The notes beneath the pieces are model-generated. The model ran no database searches, was not told where the DNA came from, and saw only the letters and a list, made by a program, of their open reading frames with translations. Below, piece by piece: positions 55,011 through 61,603 of a stretch of DNA of 64,000 nucleotides. Source of the DNA: Gemmatimonadaceae bacterium. Its GTDB lineage: Bacteria; Gemmatimonadota; Gemmatimonadetes; Gemmatimonadales; Gemmatimonadaceae. The stretch's first letter is position 1. Each line of letters starts with the position of its first letter. The stretch covers positions 5,878 to 69,877 of the forward strand of contig JBPCPS010000141.1 of NCBI GenBank assembly GCA_050998915.1, in the 5' to 3' direction. The position numbers and the translations under genes were made by a program.

Positions 55011-56435
55011 CTGCACTACCACCTGATCGGAATCGCCGGGACGGCGATGGCCTCACTCGCTGGACTGCTGAAGGCGGCCGGCCACACGGTCACGGGCTCC
55101 GACGAGAACGTCTACCCGCCCATGTCGCACGAGCTCGAGGCCCTCGGGATTTCGTACCGATCGGGCTTCGCTCCTGCGAATCTCGAGCCGCGGCCCGACA
55201 TCGTGGTCGTGGGCAACGCGATCTCCCGGGGGAATGTCGAGCTCGAAGCCGTCCTCGACCGCAAGCTCCGATACACGTCGGCCGCCGCGGTCATCAAGGA
55301 AGAGTTCATCCGCGGGCGGCATTCGCTGGCGGTCGCGGGCACGCACGGCAAGACGAGCACGAGCTCGCTGCTGGCGTGGGTGCTGGAAGTCGCCGGCCTG
55401 AATCCCGCCTTTCTGATCGGAGGAGTCGCCGAGAACTTCGGCCGGTCGTTCCGGCTCACTGACTCGAAGTACTTCGTGATCGAAGCGGACGAATACGACA
55501 CGGCGTACTTCGACAAGGGCCCCAAGATGTGGCACTACCTGCCCGATACGGCGATCGTGGCCAACATCGAGTTCGATCACGCCGACATCTATCGCGACGC
55601 CATCGCCTACAACTTCGCGTTCGCGCGGTTCATCAACCTGATCCCCGGCAATGGCACGCTGGTGGCCGGCTGGGATTCACCCATCGTCCGCGAGCTTTCT
55701 GGCAGCTCGTTCGCGCCGGTCGAGTCGTTTGCTTATTCGGCGGATCAGCCCGCGGCAGGGGACGGCGCGCACCCGCGATGGCGCGCGGAGAACGTGCGCT
55801 TCGGTCCGGCGGGAACGACGTTCGACGTTCTGCGCGACCGCGCCGGATGGGGCGCGGTGGAATCCCCGCTCGCCGGCGCGTTCAGCGTGCGCAACATTCT
55901 CGCCGTCATCGCAGCCGCTGAAACGGTGGGTGCCGACCGCGAGCGCGTGCGTGAAGGGCTGCGCACGTACAAGAGCGTCAAGCGGCGCATGGAGGTGCGG
56001 GGCGAAGCGCGCGGCGTGACGGTGATCGACGACTTCGCGCATCATCCCACCGCAATCCGCGAGACGATCGCCGCGGCGCGGCAGAAGTACGCCGGCCGCC
56101 GGCTGGTCGCCGTGTACGAGCCGCGCAGCTATACGGCCCAGCTGCGCGAGTTCGAGGGAGCCTACGAGGCCGCGTTCGCCGAAGCTAACGAGATCGTGCT
56201 CGCGGGGCTGTTCCATCCGGAGCGCTACATCGGCAACGCCCTCGACCCGAAGGGGCTCGTGGAGCGATGGCAGAATGCGGGGAAAGCCGCCGCTTACATC
56301 CCCGCCGTTCCCGACATCGTCCGGGTGTTGGAGGGATCGCTGCGCCCGGGAGATGTGGTGCTGATCATGTCGAACGGCGGATTCGGGGGACTGCACGAGA
56401 AGCTACTCTCCGCTCTTGCCCAACCTCCTCGGTAG
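55011..56435 (+). CDS. mpl: UDP-N-acetylmuramate:L-alanyl-gamma-D-glutamyl-meso-diaminopimelate ligase (murein peptide ligase)
   Basis: LHYHLIGIAGTAMASLAGLL aligns with the E. coli Mpl N-terminus MRIHILGICGTFMGG (recalled). GTHGKTSTSS, IEADEYD, DDFAHHPTA. CTG 55011 has GGAG 8 nt upstream; the first ATG is at 55047. Confidence 0.88.
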   Translation: MHYHLIGIAGTAMASLAGLLKAAGHTVTGSDENVYPPMSHELEALGISYRSGFAPANLEPRPDIVVVGNAISRGNVELEAVLDRKLRYTSAAAVIKEEFIRGRHSLAVAGTHGKTSTSSLLAWVLEVAGLNPAFLIGGVAENFGRSFRLTDSKYFVIEADEYDTAYFDKGPKMWHYLPDTAIVANIEFDHADIYRDAIAYNFAFARFINLIPGNGTLVAGWDSPIVRELSGSSFAPVESFAYSADQPAAGDGAHPRWRAENVRFGPAGTTFDVLRDRAGWGAVESPLAGAFSVRNILAVIAAAETVGADRERVREGLRTYKSVKRRMEVRGEARGVTVIDDFAHHPTAIRETIAAARQKYAGRRLVAVYEPRSYTAQLREFEGAYEAAFAEANEIVLAGLFHPERYIGNALDPKGLVERWQNAGKAAAYIPAVPDIVRVLEGSLRPGDVVLIMSNGGFGGLHEKLLSALAQPPR

Positions 56436-56442
56436 AGCAGAG

Positions 56443-56553
56443 GGGATCCTAGCTGTTAGCGGTGAGTCGCCGCTTTATTCACAACTGTCAGTGTATCTCC
56501 GCACGCACTTCCTGCTTACAACTAGTCCACTCACCGCCGACAGCTAGGATCCC
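56443..56553. repeat. Palindromic intergenic element, family B, copy 1 (111 bp)
   Basis: Arms GGGATCCTAGCTGTTAGCGGTGAGT (56443-67) and ACTCACCGCCGACAGCTAGGATCCC (56529-53). Lies between convergent mpl and the FTR1 gene. Confidence 0.85.
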
Positions 56554-56586
56554 GCCAGTCTCTCACCAGGAGCCGACCCGCGGAAC

Positions 56587-57384
56587 TCAGGTCGCTGTCG
56601 GCGCCGAAACTGTCCTCTCGAACACGTACGTTTTCACGATCGCAAGAGCGAACAGCGCCAGCAGAACAACCTGGGCGACGGTAGTCTCGACGGTCGGGTA
56701 GACTCCGAGGAACCCGATCTTCGGAATCGAGAGCGCCGTCTCCGGAATCACGTGTCCTTCCTGCAGCTCATGAATTCCCTTGCCCGTGAACACGAACGCC
56801 ATGTAATACAGCAGGATGCTCGTCACCGCGAAAAACGGACGCAGCGGAATCCTGACGCCGAACCTGTAGAAAAGCGCGAAGATTATCGCCAGCACGACGA
56901 CGCCGGCGACGAAACCGGCCAGCAGCTGCCCCCCCGCGTCGGGCGCGTTCAGGTACATCGCCTGGTAGAACAACACCGCCTCGGCGCCTTCGCGGAATAC
57001 CGCCAGGAACGCGACGAGAGCGAGCGCTCTGCCGCCGCCCTGCTGCATCGCCCGGGAGACCTGCGAGTGAATGAACTGCTGCCATCTCGCGGACTCGATC
57101 TTCGAGATGAGCCAGTAGCTCACGAAGAACAACACCACCGCGGCGAGTAGCATCGTGACCCCGTCGGTGATCTCGGCCGCAGCGGGTGACGCTGCGAGCG
57201 TCGCGCTGAACGCGAGCCCGAGAACGAGACTCGCTGCCAACGCCAGGCCGACGCCTAGCCAGATCGGCCGCAGACGGTCGCGGTTGCCTGTCTTGATGAG
57301 AAGAGTTACAACCGCGCCCACTATGAGGATGGCTTCGAAGCCTTCGCGGACGATTACGAGGAACGATTGCAGTGCGGGAGTCAT
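56587..57384 (-). CDS. FTR1/EfeU-family high-affinity iron permease
   Basis: Two REGxE motifs (REGFEA, REGAEA) in a multi-TM protein. Confidence 0.85.
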   Translation of the reverse strand: MTPALQSFLVIVREGFEAILIVGAVVTLLIKTGNRDRLRPIWLGVGLALAASLVLGLAFSATLAASPAAAEITDGVTMLLAAVVLFFVSYWLISKIESARWQQFIHSQVSRAMQQGGGRALALVAFLAVFREGAEAVLFYQAMYLNAPDAGGQLLAGFVAGVVVLAIIFALFYRFGVRIPLRPFFAVTSILLYYMAFVFTGKGIHELQEGHVIPETALSIPKIGFLGVYPTVETTVAQVVLLALFALAIVKTYVFERTVSAPTAT

Positions 57385-57456
57385 GGCGGACAGTTGAGAA
57401 TGGTTCTCAAAGAGTATGCCGAGTGAATGTATCGGCTTACCCCGACCCGTCAACCG

Positions 57457-58050
57457 TCAAGCTTGCTCGAGATCGTAGCGGTATTCGCCCCGCAGCTCGC
57501 TGGCGCACAGCGCTGTTCGTTCGCCCGTACGCGCCTCGAACCGGCGCGCAAAATCCGGCAGTCGCTCCGCCGTAAACGCTCCCCTGTCCATCCCCAACTT
57601 CCCGATCGCGCTCTCGATCGCGTCCGCGTCTCCCTCGACCTCCACAAGATCGTCCATTCGCGGATAGCGCTCGAACCGCACGGTCGCGCCTCCGACGCGG
57701 TACGTCTGCGCTTCCCGCTCGATCTCGCGCGTCACCACGTAGCCGAGGGCTTCCAGTATCGCCGTGAGGCCGGCGAGATCCGAGACGGCGGTGGTGTGCT
57801 CCTCCCGCACCTTGAGTCCTGACTCTATCCGCGTTGCGCCTTTCCAATCTAGATGCGCGGTCTCGCCATCGGCGCTCACATACACACGGACCCGGAGCAC
57901 CTGGTCGACCGCGGCCAGTGAGCGTTGCGGTGTGTCGTACCGGAGGTCGCGCATCCGTCCCGAGAATATTTCTGTCGCGCCCGCCGAGACGAGTCTCTGC
58001 TTCCGCACGGGCATGTCGTCGACGACAGCCTTTACCTCTACCTCAAGCAT
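57457..58050 (-). CDS. CYTH domain protein (class IV adenylyl cyclase / triphosphatase family)
   Basis: N-terminal MLEVEVKA (ExExK) motif and size typical of CyaB/CYTH. Confidence 0.8.
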   Translation of the reverse strand: MLEVEVKAVVDDMPVRKQRLVSAGATEIFSGRMRDLRYDTPQRSLAAVDQVLRVRVYVSADGETAHLDWKGATRIESGLKVREEHTTAVSDLAGLTAILEALGYVVTREIEREAQTYRVGGATVRFERYPRMDDLVEVEGDADAIESAIGKLGMDRGAFTAERLPDFARRFEARTGERTALCASELRGEYRYDLEQA

Positions 58051-58735
58051 CTGTGATCACGCGCACCACCGCGCTCGTCTCGGCGAGGTTCTCAAATGCG
58101 GCGAACGGCTCGTGTAGTCTCAGCTCTTCGAGGGAATAGTGACCGGTAGCCACTCCGATTGCGCGGGCGCCAATCGCTTCGCCGCACCTGATGTCGGCGG
58201 GCGTATCCCCGATTACATAGATCGCGTCGCCCTCGAGCTCCCGCCCGAGGAATCCTGCCGCACGGCGCTGTGCCACGCCGGGGAGCTCGGGACGATGCTC
58301 GTGGTCCGAGCCGAATGCGTTCACGCGGAAGCGCGAGAAGTCGACTCCGGCCGCGGCGAGCTTCACCCTCGCTCCGGCCTCGATGTTTCCCGTCAACAGA
58401 CCGAGCGTGACGTGCTCTGTGCCCTCGAGCTCGTCGAGCAGCTCGGGAATCCCCGGAAGGGTCCGCGGAATCCGCTCACCCGCTTTCACCTCGCGCGTGA
58501 GTCCCTCGAGGTACAGCTCGAGCAGCGCGTCCATCCTGTCGTCGATGTACTCGTCGTCGTGGCCGTGCCTGCGCATGAGGTCGCGCACGATCTGCTTGTC
58601 GGTCTTTCCGTCGTACCTGTAGGCAGGATCACCCATCGTCCCGAACAGCTCGGTGAGTGCCGCCCGCATGGCTCGCATCCCGGCGCCTTCGCTCGAGAGC
58701 AGCGTGCCGTCGATATCGAACAGGACGAGCTTCAT
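58043..58735 (-). CDS. HAD-superfamily hydrolase (phosphoglycolate phosphatase-like)
   Basis: LFDIDGTL, LTGN, GDTPADI. ATG 58735 overlaps the upstream stop (ATGA). Confidence 0.85.
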   Translation of the reverse strand: MKLVLFDIDGTLLSSEGAGMRAMRAALTELFGTMGDPAYRYDGKTDKQIVRDLMRRHGHDDEYIDDRMDALLELYLEGLTREVKAGERIPRTLPGIPELLDELEGTEHVTLGLLTGNIEAGARVKLAAAGVDFSRFRVNAFGSDHEHRPELPGVAQRRAAGFLGRELEGDAIYVIGDTPADIRCGEAIGARAIGVATGHYSLEELRLHEPFAAFENLAETSAVVRVITDA

Positions 58736-59613
58736 GCGCGCGTGAAGAGAACGCCGGAGATGATCGTGGCCGCGCCGATCGTCTGCCAGAGAGTTGGAAC
58801 TTCCCTGAGGAATATCCACGCGATCGCCAGCGCGATGACGGGCTGAATGTTGGAGTACACGGAGGTCCGCGTCGGGCCGAGCAGCTTGATGCCCCGATAC
58901 CAGAACAGGTACGCGATCACCATGGACACGATGCTCGCGTAGAACACCGCGACCCATGCCGAAAGGGGAATGGCGAGCCAGTCGGTGGCCATGAGCGCGG
59001 GGCCGCTGACCACGAGCAGCGGCAGCAGCCCGCCCATTATTGTTATGGCCGACAGCTTCAGCGGGCTGAACACCAGCGTGTACGGTTGCAGCAGCACCGT
59101 GAAGGTGGTCCACGTCATGACCGCGGCTACCATCAGCAGCGAGCCCGCCAGAGTCGCCTTACCCGCGGGGGACTGCGCGCTGTCGGAGATGATGATACCC
59201 ACTCCGACGACGGAGAGCGCGATGCCGACCAGCATCTTCCGCCGGATAGGCTCGATGCCGCGGATACGGCTCGCGACCATGATGAATGCCGGCGCCGCGG
59301 CGACGATCAGGGCGGCATGTCCGGCGCGCGTGCGTGACAGTCCCTCGACGAAGAGATACTGATACAGGCCGTGTCCCAGAACGCCGATCGCCAGCAAAAT
59401 CAAGAAATCCCGCTTCCCCGGCCACGGACTCTTCGACGCGACAGCGATGACGAGCAACACCACCGCGGCCATTGCGACGCGCAGGCCGGTGAAGGCCAGG
59501 GGCGTGAAAATTCCCGTGGCGAACTTCACGACGCTGAAGTTCACGGCCCAGATGGTGGCCATCATGAACAGCATGAAGTCGGTCGCCGTGAAGCGCCGCT
59601 GTGGCGTGGTCAT
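58732..59613 (-). CDS. EamA/DMT-family transporter
   Basis: Ten hydrophobic segments in two EamA-like halves. Confidence 0.85.
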   Translation of the reverse strand: MTTPQRRFTATDFMLFMMATIWAVNFSVVKFATGIFTPLAFTGLRVAMAAVVLLVIAVASKSPWPGKRDFLILLAIGVLGHGLYQYLFVEGLSRTRAGHAALIVAAAPAFIMVASRIRGIEPIRRKMLVGIALSVVGVGIIISDSAQSPAGKATLAGSLLMVAAVMTWTTFTVLLQPYTLVFSPLKLSAITIMGGLLPLLVVSGPALMATDWLAIPLSAWVAVFYASIVSMVIAYLFWYRGIKLLGPTRTSVYSNIQPVIALAIAWIFLREVPTLWQTIGAATIISGVLFTRA

Positions 59614-59657
59614 GGCGCGAAAGCTAGCCGGGCGAGTGGAGGCACAGCTACTTTGCG

Positions 59658-60086
59658 ATGATGCACATCTCCTTCGCCGTTTTCGCCGACGCGGCCAACC
59701 TCTCGCAGGAAGGCAAGCTCAACATCCTCGGCGTCTTCGACGCCGTGCAGGTGTCGGCGTTCCCCTCGGTCCACCCGCGAACTCACCTGGTAGTGCGGCT
59801 CAAGGGCGACGTGGACGACGTCGGGAAGCACTCGATGACATTGCGCTGGCTCAACCCCTCGGGCGACGAGCTGTGGGTTTCGGGCGGAGAGCTCAACGTC
59901 GGCGCGCCGGCGGACCCGAGCTTCGAGATGGACCTGCCGGTGATCGCGCTGATCGATCTCCCGCTGTCCGAGCCCGGTCGATACGTGATGCAGCTCGAAG
60001 TGGATGGAGAGTTCGAGGGCGAGCTGCCGTTGCTCGTCACCGCCGGAGTGCCGGTCGTGCACCAGGCTGGAGCGTTATACAGCTGA
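59658..60086 (+). CDS. Hypothetical protein
   Basis: High GC3 ORF of 142 aa (FAVFADAANLSQEGKLNILGVFD...). No motif I can name with confidence. Confidence 0.45.
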   Translation: MMHISFAVFADAANLSQEGKLNILGVFDAVQVSAFPSVHPRTHLVVRLKGDVDDVGKHSMTLRWLNPSGDELWVSGGELNVGAPADPSFEMDLPVIALIDLPLSEPGRYVMQLEVDGEFEGELPLLVTAGVPVVHQAGALYS

Positions 60087-60092
60087 AGTAGA

Positions 60093-60232
60093 CTGGCTCC
60101 TGGAATATTCCAACCGGGATGCAGGCTGTGAGTAGGAGTTGGTGAGTGTGAGTTTCGAGAAGAGGGCAGCGCACGAGTCTTCGTTTCATTACCCCCACTC
60201 ACCGACCCCAACTTCAAAACCTGCATCCCGCC
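60093..60232. repeat. Palindromic intergenic element, family A, copy 2
   Basis: The 5' ~55 nt are near-identical to 12881-12935. CCGGGATGCAGG (60114-25) pairs with CCTGCATCCCG (60220-30). Inner GGTGAGTG pairs with CACTCACC. Confidence 0.8.
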
Positions 60233-60248
60233 AGCCAACGTCTCGGGC

Positions 60249-61037
60249 CTACTCTTCAGGCAACACTCTCCTCCCGAACAGAAACCTGTTTTTCAAAGCG
60301 GCGGAAACAGGATCGCCAGAATCCAGCGACTCGACTGCGTACCCTCCTCGAGCCACCGCCAGATGCACGATGTCCGGTCCCCCGGCGGAGATCGCGACGT
60401 GCGTCATCCTGCGGTCATCACGCTCCGAAAAGAAGAGTAGATCGCCCGGCTGGAGCGTGTCGTGTCCTTCCTCGAGCTCGGTGCCGGCGCCGCCCTGTTG
60501 CCACGCGTCGCGTGGGAGAGGGATACCGTGCAGCGCGAAGATCGATTGCACCAGCCCGGAGCAATCCGCGCCCCACGGCGTGACCCCGCCCCACATGTAG
60601 GGCGTGCCCGAGAAAAGCCGGCGCGCCGATGCCACGATCGTTTCGCCGCGCGGAATGAACTCCCTCCGTCGCTCCTCCAGCGTGAGCACTTCTCCCGCCA
60701 CGATCTGGACCTCCCCGGGAACGAGAGCGCCCAACGGCAACGCGTGAATCCCACCGGCGAAGCCCCGCACTACGCAGCCCAGCGAGAGCGGCGCGTCGGA
60801 GTCCCACGCGTGGGCCGGCGCCGCGCCGTTGCGAGCGGGCCCGGTGAGCGTGAGGTACCCGCAATGAATCCACCCTTCGTAGTCGTCGGCGCCGCGGGCG
60901 AGCCACCACGTTCCGCGTTCCTCGATCAGCTCCAGCTCATGGCCGCGGAGCGCCTGACTGAGCTGTGTCGCCGCGACCGTGGGCTCCGCCAGGAGCGGAG
61001 CGACCGCGGTCCTGACCAGCGCCCGGATGTGTCTCAG
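60249..61037 (-). CDS. NlpC/P60 (C40) cell-wall peptidase with N-terminal SH3b-like domain; start probably CTG
   Basis: GTPYMWGGVTPWGADCSGLV (catalytic Cys), HVAI (His). The SH3b-like VRTAVAPLL...GTWWLA...GWI region precedes any ATG/GTG/TTG. CTG 61037 forms a CTGA overlap with the upstream stop. Confidence 0.78.
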   Translation of the reverse strand: MRHIRALVRTAVAPLLAEPTVAATQLSQALRGHELELIEERGTWWLARGADDYEGWIHCGYLTLTGPARNGAAPAHAWDSDAPLSLGCVVRGFAGGIHALPLGALVPGEVQIVAGEVLTLEERRREFIPRGETIVASARRLFSGTPYMWGGVTPWGADCSGLVQSIFALHGIPLPRDAWQQGGAGTELEEGHDTLQPGDLLFFSERDDRRMTHVAISAGGPDIVHLAVARGGYAVESLDSGDPVSAALKNRFLFGRRVLPEE

Positions 61038-61249
61038 TGCTCCGGCCAGTCGATCTTGAGAGGGGTGCGCGCCACGACGGGGGAGAGAGCCTTTGCCTCG
61101 CAGCTCTTGCAGCGTACCACGCCCCGAAACGTGCACATCAGGCAGATGAACGTGCTGCACACGGCGCACGGATAGCCCTCGGACGCGCGCTCCTCCCGCT
61201 CGCAGGAGCGGCAGATCATCGTGTCGCGTTCGGTCAGCTGCTTGGCCAT
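61034..61249 (-). CDS. Small Cys-rich protein with four CxxC pairs (double zinc-ribbon-like)
   Basis: CRSC, CAVC, CLMC, CKSC within 71 aa; coupled to the NlpC/P60 gene. Confidence 0.5.
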   Translation of the reverse strand: MAKQLTERDTMICRSCEREERASEGYPCAVCSTFICLMCTFRGVVRCKSCEAKALSPVVARTPLKIDWPEH

Positions 61250-61317
61250 GAGTCAAAAGTTACTGGTTGCGGGCTGGCATCGCATCGGTCAGAGGCAGCC
61301 TACAGGGATTCGGAAAG

Positions 61318-61573
61318 GGGATCCTGGCTGTAAGCTGTGAGTGGACCAATCAGTGATGAGCTCGGAAGTGATACCTGCGGACTGCCAAGTACTGAGTAAA
61401 GTGAAACGCGTTTCGACATTTGAGCGACGGTAAACTTTACTCGCAACTGCGACAGGCAAGCCCGCATCCGGGGCGTTCGCCGGGAGCGATGCCGCAGCTT
61501 GGCGCGAAGCAAGTCCCGCTGGTACTTCCTGCTTATGACTAATTATCCACTCACTGCCCACAGCTAGGATCCC
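61318..61573. repeat. Palindromic intergenic element, family B, copy 2 (256 bp, with about 200 bp internal cargo)
   Basis: Arms GGGATCCTGGCTGTAAGCTGTGAGTGG (61318-44) and CCACTCACTGCCCACAGCTAGGATCCC (61547-73). The sub-terminal CTTCCTGCTTA... is shared with copy 1. Confidence 0.85.
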
Positions 61574-61603
61574 ATCTCGGAATCCCATTGGGTCGCGTGT
61601 GGA

